DNA from: an uncultured Planctomycetia bacterium
Lineage (GTDB): Bacteria > Omnitrophota > Gorgyraeia > Duberdicusellales > Duberdicusellaceae
Length of the DNA: 64,000 bases
Reading direction: 5' to 3'
Assembly: GCA_964634935.1 (NCBI GenBank)
Contig: CAZWJT010000001.1
Span: 16,203-80,202, forward strand
The notes beneath the pieces are model-generated. The model was not told the DNA's origin. It worked only from the letters and a program-made list of their open reading frames with translations, and did no database searches. Shown piece after piece: positions 18,560 to 27,800 of the stretch. The first letter of the stretch is position 1. Each line of letters opens with the position of its first letter. Position numbers and translations under genes: made by a program.

Positions 18560-19347
18560 GACATATATCCTCTAATCTTCCGTAAAAATCTTATCACTTC
18601 TTTGATGTCGTTCAAGTGATATATGGCGGAAGTTTTCGCTGTGTATCCGACAACGATAGGAATTCCTTTTTTTCGAAGTACCCGAAAAGCATCCTCATCA
18701 GTTTTATCATCGCCAATATAAAGAACAAGGGACGCCTCTTGCTGAGGAAAGATGCTTTGTTTTAAAAGCCAAAGAATAATTTTGCCCTTTCCCCAGGCCA
18801 GAGAAGGCTGCACTTCCAGCACCATTTTTCCTGAATGGACCTTTACGATTCCCTGGAAACGATACGGCGCTGTTACTTTCTGAAAAATCATCTTCGCATC
18901 CTTGATGTTCTTTCTATCTACCAAACGATAATGATAACCCAATGAATATGTTTTATTTTCCAAAAAAACTCCAGGGATAGAAGCAGCGTTCTTTCGAAGG
19001 CGATTCTCAATCTTTCGAAGCGCGACCCGGTACGACCGTGTAATGGGCAACTTAAGCCGAAGGCCAAACCCACAAAGCTCAAAACCATGATTCCCGGCAT
19101 ACAATGCACGCCGTATTCCTATCCTCTTCTTTAAATCACTGAGTTTCCGACCGCTGATAAACGCTAATCGTATTTTTGGGATACGAGAAATCCGCCACAA
19201 TAGATTTCTCGTACTTCTTGCAAGCACAGCCCGTTTCGGCGTAGAAACAATTGGAGTTAGAGTCCCATCAAAGTCTAAACAAAACAGTATATTTTTTAAA
19301 ATAAGTCTCTTTTCGATCTCTGGAAAACTCTGGAGCGCGTGCTTCAT
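18556..19347 (-). CDS. otsB: trehalose-6-phosphate phosphatase (HAD-IIB)
   Basis: DFDGTL motif I, SGR motif II and GDDKTDEDAF motif IV. The start at MKHALQ leaves a 13-nt gap to otsA; the track ORF extends to 19434. Confidence 0.8.
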   Translation of the reverse strand: MKHALQSFPEIEKRLILKNILFCLDFDGTLTPIVSTPKRAVLARSTRNLLWRISRIPKIRLAFISGRKLSDLKKRIGIRRALYAGNHGFELCGFGLRLKLPITRSYRVALRKIENRLRKNAASIPGVFLENKTYSLGYHYRLVDRKNIKDAKMIFQKVTAPYRFQGIVKVHSGKMVLEVQPSLAWGKGKIILWLLKQSIFPQQEASLVLYIGDDKTDEDAFRVLRKKGIPIVVGYTAKTSAIYHLNDIKEVIRFLRKIRGYMS

Positions 19348-19360
19348 TATTGACACAAAA

Positions 19361-21598
19361 TCAAGTTTTTCGGAGAGAAACCAACTCGGTAACAATATTC
19401 CCAACCCAACGATAGATGTTGTTTGCAGAAACAATTTTTCTCATATTCTCCATACGTTTCTTTTTTTCTGGATCAGGCATTTCAACTGCGATTTTTATTG
19501 ACTCTGCAAACTCTTCAATTGCATACGGGTTAAATTGAACTGCATCCGTAAGTTCTCGAGCAGCACCAGTAAACTGGCTTAGAATGAGACTGCCGGATAA
19601 ATCGCTCTTACTTGCAACGTATTCCTTGGCAACCAGATTCATCCCATCATGTAGGGAACTGACAATGCAAAAATCGGCTAATTTATAAAAAGGCATAATT
19701 TCTTCGGCCGAGAAATGTTTTTTAAGATATACGATGGGCTTCCAATCTCCATCCATGTGTTTCCAGTTTTTCTTCTCCACAAGCTCATCAACTTCGGCGA
19801 TAAGATCGTGGTATCGTTTTATGTGCACACGACTTGGGGCAGCCATCTGGATGAAAGTCACTTTCTTCTTATAGTGAGGGTATTTTTCAAAGAATCTGTC
19901 AAGAGCTAAAATTCGCTCAATCAGCCCTTTTGTGTAATCAATTCTGTCTACTCCGATGCCGATGATCCTGCCTTCTAAATCAAATTCACTCTTGATCTTT
20001 GCGATCTGCCGCTCTAGAGGAGAATTATCACATGCTACGGGCATATCCTCTTTCACGCTGATCGGAAAAGCCTTAATAAATGTTTCTTTCTGTGAACGAA
20101 CGACGCTGAATTTCTCCGTGTCTACTCTTGACTCAAGAAGCCGATTTACAGTATCCAAAAAATTATTACAATGATTTTGTACATGAAAACCGATCAAATC
20201 ACACCCGAGCATTCCATCAAGCACTTCTTTCTGATATGGGCATATTGCGAATGATTCTGGGGTAGGCCACGGTATATGCCAAAACAAAGCGATAATCGCA
20301 TCCGGCCTTCTCTCCTTAATCATCTTTCCCAACAGGGTAAAGTGGTAATCCTGAATGAATACAAAAGGGGCAGTCGCAGGCAACTCAGCTATGATACTAT
20401 CAGCAAACTTTTGGTTTACTTGCTTATACATAATCCAATCAGATTCTCGAAAAATAGGGCGGGTATGCGTATTATGACAAAGAGGCCAGAGCCCCTCATT
20501 AGAAAACCCATAATAGTAACCGTCTTCTTCTTCTTTAGTAAGCCAAATCCGCTTAAGAATATACCTGTTGTCTTCCGGAGGAACCCCAAGCTTATCTTTC
20601 GAATTAACGAATTTTTTATCCGCGTTTCCAGCGCCATGCGCAATCCATGTGCCGCCACAAGCGCATAAAATCGGATGAATGGCAGTAACAACGCCACTCG
20701 CCGGTTGTATGCAACGAGCTATCCCTGTTTCCTCGTCAGTAACGTGCATATAGGGCTCACGGTTAGAGACGACAAATAACGAATTCTCTCCTAACTTTGC
20801 TCGCACAAGATCTCTGAGCTTTGCCTCGGTCCAAGCTTCGTCTTTTTGGAGACGCTCTGAAGCTTCTTCCGAGACTGTTCGGCGTGCGATACGTAAACTC
20901 AAAGCAACCTGTTCTACTTCACTTGCCAGCTTCCCAAACTCTCCGTGTTCTTTGATAGGATGCAATTCGTCCGTCTCTCCCTTTTGAAAGTGCGAAAACC
21001 ATACCGTCAATCGTTCAACCGGCAAGGAAAAAATCTGCCTGTGAAGAAAAATCGCTACGATGAAAATAGCAATAACAAGAATGACAAGTGTTACACTGAT
21101 TCTTCGCCAAATCTCAATGAGTCGAGCAAACACATAGGAGGTGTCATGGATAACCTCAACAAGACCAAGAAGCAAGCCCTCTTCATTAACAATCGGCAAC
21201 AAATAACTATATACCGTATAATCCTTAAATTTTTCAAGCTCTCCCCGAGGGATCTGGGTGGACAAAACATCCGGGAGATACGGTTTTTCTTTTTCTTTCC
21301 AATCACTGAATCTTTTCGTGATCGCAATAATTTCTCCTGAAGCATTATACAAAACACAACCTTGCAACCTCTCCCGTGTTTCAAACTTCTCAACTAAATA
21401 ATTAGCATGCCGCATGTTCTTAGCAGTAAAAACCCCCTGGGCCGAAAGCTCCATGCTCTCAGCTATATGTTTTGACTTTCTCTTCAAATCATCAAGAAGC
21501 CTCTCTTCTTCAAAATGAACCTGAAAGTAACCAAACAACGTAAACGCTGCTGTTACAACAATGAGGATTGGAAGAATAAAAAGTAAAACGCGTTTCAT
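19361..21598 (-). CDS. otsA: fusion protein: N-terminal 2-TM periplasmic sensor + HAMP-like linker, C-terminal trehalose-6-phosphate synthase (GT20)
   Basis: Residues ~250-745 carry SLFVVSNREPY, WPLCH, WIQDYHF, GIGVDRIDYTKGL and SLHDGMNLVAKEY (OtsA). Residues 1-250 have TM1 (LLFILPILIVVTAAF), a ~140-aa extracytoplasmic domain, TM2 (VTLVILVIAIFIVAIFL) and an amphipathic linker. Confidence 0.85.
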   Translation of the reverse strand: MKRVLLFILPILIVVTAAFTLFGYFQVHFEEERLLDDLKRKSKHIAESMELSAQGVFTAKNMRHANYLVEKFETRERLQGCVLYNASGEIIAITKRFSDWKEKEKPYLPDVLSTQIPRGELEKFKDYTVYSYLLPIVNEEGLLLGLVEVIHDTSYVFARLIEIWRRISVTLVILVIAIFIVAIFLHRQIFSLPVERLTVWFSHFQKGETDELHPIKEHGEFGKLASEVEQVALSLRIARRTVSEEASERLQKDEAWTEAKLRDLVRAKLGENSLFVVSNREPYMHVTDEETGIARCIQPASGVVTAIHPILCACGGTWIAHGAGNADKKFVNSKDKLGVPPEDNRYILKRIWLTKEEEDGYYYGFSNEGLWPLCHNTHTRPIFRESDWIMYKQVNQKFADSIIAELPATAPFVFIQDYHFTLLGKMIKERRPDAIIALFWHIPWPTPESFAICPYQKEVLDGMLGCDLIGFHVQNHCNNFLDTVNRLLESRVDTEKFSVVRSQKETFIKAFPISVKEDMPVACDNSPLERQIAKIKSEFDLEGRIIGIGVDRIDYTKGLIERILALDRFFEKYPHYKKKVTFIQMAAPSRVHIKRYHDLIAEVDELVEKKNWKHMDGDWKPIVYLKKHFSAEEIMPFYKLADFCIVSSLHDGMNLVAKEYVASKSDLSGSLILSQFTGAARELTDAVQFNPYAIEEFAESIKIAVEMPDPEKKKRMENMRKIVSANNIYRWVGNIVTELVSLRKT

Positions 21599-22677
21599 GA
21601 GAAATTCTTCTCCTGGTTGTAGTTCATTGCCCGAATAGGATAAGGAATAACGATCCCCTCTTTTTTATAACGGCTATGGAGCGCTTTAATAAATTCATGC
21701 TTGACAAGATGCTGATCGACAAATTCTTGAACTCGCAAAATAACTGTAAAATTAATGCTAAAATCACCGAAAGTGTGATAGCGGATAAAGGGGTCGAAAT
21801 CTGGAATGCCTCCCGGGACGATCCGCATAATATCCTTGGCTACCTCACGCGTAATGTGTTCTACTTTCACCAAATCACTTTGGTAATGTACTCCAATATT
21901 TACCAAAACAGCAAGCTCCTTATCTGGTAAATAATAATTCGTAATTATCGATTTGGTCAGTTTTTCGTTCGGCACGAGTATGGCATTATTTGGAAGCATC
22001 CGTATTTTAGTAGTACGCCAGGTTATATCCATCACATACCCCTCTTCTCCTGTTTCGAGTTTAATATAATCGCCGATTTTTACTTGCCGTGCTATGATAA
22101 TATAAAATCCAGAAAAGATATTAGAGAGGGTATCTTGTAACGCCAAAGCAACCGCTAAACTCCCTATGCCCAAAGTAGCCAAAAGCGGAGCAATAGAAAG
22201 CCCCAGGCTGTTCAAAATAATGAGTATTCCTATAGCGAAAATAACCGTCCGACTAATATTTTGGGTGAGCGAGGTTATCGGAAGGGTGGTTTGGATCTTG
22301 TGAGAATACACCCGAATCACACGCGTTGAAATATGCCCCAAAACCAGCATAACCGAAACAACTCCGAGAATAAAAATTGCCTTCTCTACGCCCACAATAA
22401 TCTCTCCTGGAAAACGAGAAATTGCAAGCCCAAAATACGCACCAAGCATAATAAACCAAAGAAGAAAAGGACCCCTTACTGCTTCAATAATAATGTCATC
22501 AATCTGAGACTTGGTGTGCTGAGACCATTGAACCAATCTCTGAAATAAAAATCTCCGTGTACTATACCCGCAAAGGAGTGTAACCAGAAAAACAAGCAAT
22601 GGATTGACAATAAGAACCAGATTTTGCGTAACATACTCCCAAAACATATTCCTCCTGCTCTTAAAATAAAAAGCCAC
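21595..22677 (-). CDS. MscS-family mechanosensitive channel
   Basis: 360 aa, 4-5 TM. Pore helix GIGSLAVALALQDTLSNIFSGFYII, then a beta-domain (VKIGDYIKLETGEEGYVMDITWRTT). Confidence 0.8.
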   Translation of the reverse strand: MAFYFKSRRNMFWEYVTQNLVLIVNPLLVFLVTLLCGYSTRRFLFQRLVQWSQHTKSQIDDIIIEAVRGPFLLWFIMLGAYFGLAISRFPGEIIVGVEKAIFILGVVSVMLVLGHISTRVIRVYSHKIQTTLPITSLTQNISRTVIFAIGILIILNSLGLSIAPLLATLGIGSLAVALALQDTLSNIFSGFYIIIARQVKIGDYIKLETGEEGYVMDITWRTTKIRMLPNNAILVPNEKLTKSIITNYYLPDKELAVLVNIGVHYQSDLVKVEHITREVAKDIMRIVPGGIPDFDPFIRYHTFGDFSINFTVILRVQEFVDQHLVKHEFIKALHSRYKKEGIVIPYPIRAMNYNQEKNFS

Positions 22678-22902
22678 CTTGCGTTATTAAGCAAGATGGC
22701 GGCCCGACCATCAAAAAACCTCCAGGAGAATTATTCCTGGACCCAAATCTTTTTTACTTTACTATTTCGTTCTGTCGCTGAGTCTTATTTTCTGATCGCT
22801 TCTTGCATATCGTTCAGCGCTTGGATGTAGGTTGTTGAATGTAAATATAAGTTTATTATATACAAAAAAAACTTTTCGGCAAGGATGAATTCAGCGAGAA
22901 AC

Positions 22903-23508
22903 TTAAGTGTTATTCCGGGCAAACATTACGTCAAAATTGATTGTAACTTCATCCTGCACTCTTATAATCCCAAGAACGGTTGGCGGCCGCAAGGTAAACT
23001 CTTTGAGGCTAACGACTGTAAATCCGCGCACGATAAATCCGTCGCCCATAGGAATGATCTGAACTGGACACTCAAAAGATCTCTGAATATCCTTGATCTT
23101 CAGAACTGCCCTGAGTTTTCCGTCTTGTTGAGAGCTTAAATCCGCAGCGGTAAATTCCAAGACATCAATCTGACAATAAATCTTAGGGTAGAGCTTCGCA
23201 TGAAACATCCGATACATATTCCGATCTAGAGCCTTATTACCGCTTACTAATCCCTCAACTTCCACCTCAACGTTTCCGTTTATCACGGGAACAAAAGATC
23301 CAGATTCAGCCTTAAGTATCCCCTTAAATTTTTTTGCCTTACCATAAATGGGGTGTAATGTCGATTTTGCTTTAAACATAATCTGGCTTTTCGAAGAATC
23401 TATGGGATAGAACGCAACCTCGGCATAGATAGATACCGAACAAAAACTTAAAAAACACATAAACAAGAAAATCGTAGAAACTTTTTTTCTATGTGCGTTT
23501 TTGGCCAT
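22903..23508 (-). CDS. YceI-like periplasmic protein
   Basis: Signal peptide followed by HPIYGKAKKFKG and a beta-barrel-like composition, as in the YceI family. Start chosen at MAKNAH (AGGGAG upstream); the track ORF extends to 23577. Confidence 0.65.
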   Translation of the reverse strand: MAKNAHRKKVSTIFLFMCFLSFCSVSIYAEVAFYPIDSSKSQIMFKAKSTLHPIYGKAKKFKGILKAESGSFVPVINGNVEVEVEGLVSGNKALDRNMYRMFHAKLYPKIYCQIDVLEFTAADLSSQQDGKLRAVLKIKDIQRSFECPVQIIPMGDGFIVRGFTVVSLKEFTLRPPTVLGIIRVQDEVTINFDVMFARNNT

Positions 23509-23566
23509 AGAAACTCCCTGGTGACTTTTCATCCAATTCAACCGTGTTTCCGTATAGCATTTTCTT

Positions 23567-23695
23567 CTATTTCTCAATTTCCATCATTGGTTTTTTGCAA
23601 CAAACAAGTTCCCCTCCTCCAACTTTCTTAACCTCAACGATATTTCCACATACGCTGCATTCGTAAATCTCGCCAACGTTCTGAACATTTGCCAT
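23567..23695 (-). CDS. dsr: desulforedoxin (42 aa, Fe(Cys)4)
   Basis: Not in the ORF track because it is under 60 aa. Translation is [42 protein letters not shown], with the C-x2-C ... G-G-G-x-L-V-C-C pattern of desulforedoxin. GGAGG lies 6 nt upstream of the ATG. Confidence 0.75.
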   Translation of the reverse strand: MANVQNVGEIYECSVCGNIVEVKKVGGGELVCCKKPMMEIEK

Positions 23696-23708
23696 ACATA
23701 TCCTCCGG

Positions 23709-24467
23709 TTAAACCTCTTTTACCTCAACTGAGGCGTTTCCATCAAATGGATTAGTCCGCATTGCCAATGAGAAAAGATATGGATAATCATTCTTCAAAT
23801 GCCGCATATAATCAAGCCATTGTCCAAGAATCTGATGATAAACCCGCTCAATATCTCCTAAAAGATGCTGCCGGTCTTGAGCGTATAGGTTGCTTACATC
23901 TTTTCTCTGTACAAGTTCATCAGTCAGATGAAAAACTGCCCAAAGCAAATTTGTGAACGATTCATGCTCCAATAAATTCGGATTCTCCAAAAGCACCAAT
24001 AAAAACCCCCTTTTCCTTACAAGAAAATCCTTGATTTGGCAAAGGTCTTTCGATGTAGCAAGAAAACGAGCTCTATAATCGCACACGATTCTTTGTACTC
24101 GTAAAAAATCGCGATGGGACCATTCCCTGGTAACTACAAGCTCTTTACTGACTGCTCGAATATTGGCATCAATTTGCGCGCATTGCCTCATAAGCTCTAT
24201 GCCAACTTCGCTAAAAAAAGTTCCGATAACCATATTGAGTTTTCTCAGGATTGATTTTTTCTCGCGATATTCAAGCAAACGGTGCAACACGAGCATCACG
24301 ATAAGCACATCGATAAATAGAAAGGCAATATCCCCAATCAGATATAAGAAAATATGGTGCGCATCGCGGAAGATAAAATAATGAATACAGTAAAAAACCG
24401 TGGATAGGAAAATAAGAATAAACCCAAGAATGATTTGTCCGCTAAAGAAACGTCTGAGGGTACTCAT
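23709..24467 (-). CDS. hypothetical membrane protein
   Basis: 252 aa. Two N-terminal TM helices, then a soluble domain with no recognised motif. Confidence 0.4.
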   Translation of the reverse strand: MSTLRRFFSGQIILGFILIFLSTVFYCIHYFIFRDAHHIFLYLIGDIAFLFIDVLIVMLVLHRLLEYREKKSILRKLNMVIGTFFSEVGIELMRQCAQIDANIRAVSKELVVTREWSHRDFLRVQRIVCDYRARFLATSKDLCQIKDFLVRKRGFLLVLLENPNLLEHESFTNLLWAVFHLTDELVQRKDVSNLYAQDRQHLLGDIERVYHQILGQWLDYMRHLKNDYPYLFSLAMRTNPFDGNASVEVKEV

Positions 24468-24468
24468 T

Positions 24469-25281
24469 TTATCCTAAGGCAACGTCCAACACCATCATGA
24501 TCAAGAAACCGAATATTGCGCCACCCGTAGCGAGATCAGTATTTCCATTCCGCTGCGACTCTGGAATTACCTCTTCCACCACAACAAAAATCATTGCACC
24601 GGCAGCAAACCCTAAAGCATATGGTAGCAATGGTCGCGCGAAGAATACTGCTGCTGCACCAATACAGCTTGCGATCGGCTCAACAAACGCAGAAAGCTGT
24701 CCAAACCAAAAACTCTTAAAACGTGACACTCCTTCGCGCCGCAAAGGAATTGAGACTGCGCAACCTTCAGGAAAATTCTGAATACCAATACCTAAGACCA
24801 GCGCGAGGGCTCCCGATAATGTAGCTTCAGGAAAACCAGCAGCGGCAGCACCAAATGCAACACCAATAGCTAAACCTTCTGGAATGTTATGCAAAGTAAT
24901 TGCTAACACAAGGAGCGTGCTTCGCTGCCATGAAGTTTTTATCCCTTCGGCTTCATTCCTGGGAAATCCAAGATGGAGATGAGGTAAAATCTTATCAATG
25001 ACACGTAAACAAATTGCCCCCAATAAAAACCCTCCGGCAGCAGGCATCCAAGGAGCGCCAGATCCGCCCCGGGACATTGCAATAGCGGGAGCAAGCAAAG
25101 ACCAGAAACTTGCTGCAATCATGATTCCACCGGCAAATCCCAGCATAGTATCAAGCATTTTTTGATCAACCCGCTTCGTGATAAAGACAAGCGCCGCACC
25201 GAGAGCAGTCAAAAACCAAGTAAAAACTCCAGCTATAAGCGCCTGAATAATCGGGTTGAAAGGCGTAAAAAATCCAACCAT
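24469..25281 (-). CDS. zupT: ZIP-family divalent metal transporter
   Basis: [19 protein letters not shown] and [11 protein letters not shown] are the two ZIP signature helices. 270 aa, 8 TM. Confidence 0.85.
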   Translation of the reverse strand: MVGFFTPFNPIIQALIAGVFTWFLTALGAALVFITKRVDQKMLDTMLGFAGGIMIAASFWSLLAPAIAMSRGGSGAPWMPAAGGFLLGAICLRVIDKILPHLHLGFPRNEAEGIKTSWQRSTLLVLAITLHNIPEGLAIGVAFGAAAAGFPEATLSGALALVLGIGIQNFPEGCAVSIPLRREGVSRFKSFWFGQLSAFVEPIASCIGAAAVFFARPLLPYALGFAAGAMIFVVVEEVIPESQRNGNTDLATGGAIFGFLIMMVLDVALG

Positions 25282-25284
25282 AGT

Positions 25285-25593
25285 CTATTCCTCCTGACCT
25301 CGTTGATCCATGCGCCATCGGTTCTGCACATGAGAAACAAAATTGTTAATCTCTCCTATGCGCTCTTGATCTACCACAACATGAAAATGTTCTGAAAGTT
25401 CGCATTGAATAAAAGCGGATAATCTCTTGCGGGTTGCTCCCTCTTTGAGTAACGAATAAAGACCATTCACGAAACAATCGTACTCATCTTCCGGAGCACC
25501 CAGAGAAAGAAGCTTAACCGGATCCCAAGCGTTGACAAGAGTTCTTAAAGCGGTGATTTTGCGCTTATTATCCCGGCAATGCTGCTGTGTCAT
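25285..25593 (-). CDS. small hypothetical protein (DUF1871-like, AWDP...PEDEYD motif)
   Basis: 102 aa, soluble. Motif NAWDPVKLLSLGAPEDEYD. Assignment tentative. Confidence 0.35.
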   Translation of the reverse strand: MTQQHCRDNKRKITALRTLVNAWDPVKLLSLGAPEDEYDCFVNGLYSLLKEGATRKRLSAFIQCELSEHFHVVVDQERIGEINNFVSHVQNRWRMDQRGQEE

Positions 25594-25602
25594 CTTTTTT
25601 AT

Positions 25603-25923
25603 CTATTTTTTCTTGAGCTTTACTGCTGTTCCATAGACAAACAGTTCCGAAGCTGCCTGCATAATCGAAGATGTCGTGAAACGTATGCAGACAATCCCAT
25701 CTGCCCCCATACTGTGAGCGTGCTCAACCATTCTATCAATTGACTGTTCACGAGATTCAGCAAGGAGTTTTGTATACTCAATAATTTCTCCACCGATGAT
25801 ATTTCGAAAACCCGCTAAGATATCTTTTCCAATATGCCGGGCACGCACGGTATTTCCCCGAACAAGACCAAGGGTTTCGGTAACCTCATAGCCTTCCAAA
25901 GTATCTTGCGTAGTTAAAAGCAT
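25603..25923 (-). CDS. ybjQ: YbjQ/UPF0145 family protein
   Basis: 106 aa. GYEVTETLGLVRG ... GADGIVCIRF matches the YbjQ heavy-metal-binding-like family. Confidence 0.8.
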   Translation of the reverse strand: MLLTTQDTLEGYEVTETLGLVRGNTVRARHIGKDILAGFRNIIGGEIIEYTKLLAESREQSIDRMVEHAHSMGADGIVCIRFTTSSIMQAASELFVYGTAVKLKKK

Positions 25924-25931
25924 ACATTCTC

Positions 25932-26135
25932 CTATTGTTCTATAGTGTTTGAATACTTATCATCTTTCTTGGTGTTTAGACGATCCGCCAGCGCTCGTAC
26001 GAAAAGAAACCCCAGCCCAATGATTGCAAGCAATCCGATAATTCCAACCGGGAAAGTTACTATCATTCCCGCAATCATTGCGACAATCCAACAACATGCG
26101 ACAAAGCCCAATATTATGTATCCAATCCTCTCCAT
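25932..26135 (-). CDS. small 2-TM membrane protein
   Basis: 67 aa, two hydrophobic helices. GGGGAG ribosome-binding site. Lies 8 nt upstream of ybjQ. Confidence 0.35.
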   Translation of the reverse strand: MERIGYIILGFVACCWIVAMIAGMIVTFPVGIIGLLAIIGLGFLFVRALADRLNTKKDDKYSNTIEQ

Positions 26136-26204
26136 TATTCTCCCCTTTCTTTTCTCAACCTCTGTCCACCATGAAAACAGCAGCGCATAAAAACCGGCAA
26201 TTTA

Positions 26205-27773
26205 TCAACCTCTCAGATGGTCCTGTGCTTTTTTAAGTCGATGAGAAAATATTCCCTTTTTAAATTCTGAATTCCAGCCTTTCATAATGAGCCAACCCCC
26301 AAAACGAATGAGATTATTACGCCATGGCCGATACCACCGTTTCCATCCCATATTAAGGTTGTGCAAAAAGAAAACAAGCGACGGGAAAGAAAATATTTGC
26401 AACCCTATCATAAACATATACTTAAACTGATAGAATTTTCCCATAATTTTCCGGATGGAATGTTGCAATCTTTCGGGCGTTAAAGGTTGATCCGGCTCAA
26501 AAGTAGGAAAATTACCATCATAATACTCCCAACCAATATCCTGACTTGGATAGATTCTATTTTGCACCTGCAATCTCTGCCTTAACTCTGTTCCAGGCAA
26601 AGGTACAGGCAAAAGCACCTGTATAGTGTCTATCTGGGCACGCTTAATAAAAATTCTGTACGTTTCGATGCGCTCACGCAAGGACATCGTAAAAGAAAGA
26701 TTTTCCCGGAGCGGGTAACCAAAAATAAACATTCCATGGACCAAAAATCCAAAACGGTGGTAAATCTTAGCAAGATCGATCATTTCCTGAGGTTTTATTT
26801 GTTTTTTCATCGCGGATAACTCTTCTTCAATGGGAGATTCAAATCCAATGGCAACCGTCGTAATTCCTGCTTGACGCATGGCGGCGAGTAATTCCCCGTC
26901 CTTAGCCTTATCTAAACGTATTTGCACAGTGATATCCAAACGTTTGCCTATGTTTCTTTGATAATCCCTGAGCATAGCGCAAAACCGCATAGTTTCATTA
27001 CGGTATTGCCCAAAAAGATCGTCAACAATAAAAAAATGCCGAGCATCCAGTGTTTCCAAAGGATAGCGAATATCCTCAAGCAAACGTTCGGGAGAAGCTG
27101 ACCTTGGCTTCCCTTTCACGGTACAAAACTCACAATCCATGCCACAGCCTCGAATCCGGCCTACGGGATATAGCGTAATCTTCGCGTAACGCACGAGGGA
27201 AAAATCCGGTGAAGGCAAAACATCAAAATCAGTAATCGGCTCACGAGGTTCAGTCATAATACATTTATCGTTTTCTAAATAAGCAATGCCTTTGACTCGG
27301 CTTAAATCCTGATTATTCCGAAGCGAGGTCAGAATCTCTTTTATGGTCAATTCGCCTTCGCCAATAACCAAATAATCAATTGAAGATCGCAAGGCTTCAT
27401 CGATATTTTCCTGGACAAAATGCTGTCCGCCAGCAATCGTTATAGTTCCCATTGATTTATAAAATCGTGCGATTTCATAGAGCCGCGGAATCGTACTGGT
27501 TAACCCCCCGTACAAACCAACAATATCTGCTGGCCTCTCCCGCTGGAGAAACGCGTGATCAACCCCGCCAGATTGAGTTTTCGGGCCATACCGGCGGAAA
27601 TTATTCTCATCGATAACTTCTACATCCCACCCTTCAATTTCGTTGACCATGCTCGCGATACATACAGGTCCTAAAGCGGTGGTTCTGCGGGCAATGCTCG
27701 AGTAAATATTAAAAGTCGGATAAGCTGGAATTACAATCCTTAGTCTATGTCTTTTTTTATTTGAATCAAGCAT
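26205..27773 (-). CDS. B12-binding-domain radical SAM protein (class B) with hydrophobic DUF4070-like C-terminus
   Basis: N-terminal Rossmann-like B12-binding region (DYLVIGEGE), then radical SAM CGMDCEFC (CxxxCxxC) and a C-terminal amphipathic/hydrophobic tail. Confidence 0.75.
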   Translation of the reverse strand: MLDSNKKRHRLRIVIPAYPTFNIYSSIARRTTALGPVCIASMVNEIEGWDVEVIDENNFRRYGPKTQSGGVDHAFLQRERPADIVGLYGGLTSTIPRLYEIARFYKSMGTITIAGGQHFVQENIDEALRSSIDYLVIGEGELTIKEILTSLRNNQDLSRVKGIAYLENDKCIMTEPREPITDFDVLPSPDFSLVRYAKITLYPVGRIRGCGMDCEFCTVKGKPRSASPERLLEDIRYPLETLDARHFFIVDDLFGQYRNETMRFCAMLRDYQRNIGKRLDITVQIRLDKAKDGELLAAMRQAGITTVAIGFESPIEEELSAMKKQIKPQEMIDLAKIYHRFGFLVHGMFIFGYPLRENLSFTMSLRERIETYRIFIKRAQIDTIQVLLPVPLPGTELRQRLQVQNRIYPSQDIGWEYYDGNFPTFEPDQPLTPERLQHSIRKIMGKFYQFKYMFMIGLQIFSFPSLVFFLHNLNMGWKRWYRPWRNNLIRFGGWLIMKGWNSEFKKGIFSHRLKKAQDHLRG

Positions 27774-27800
27774 ATCCTGCTCATTAGCTTAGAGTCTTTT

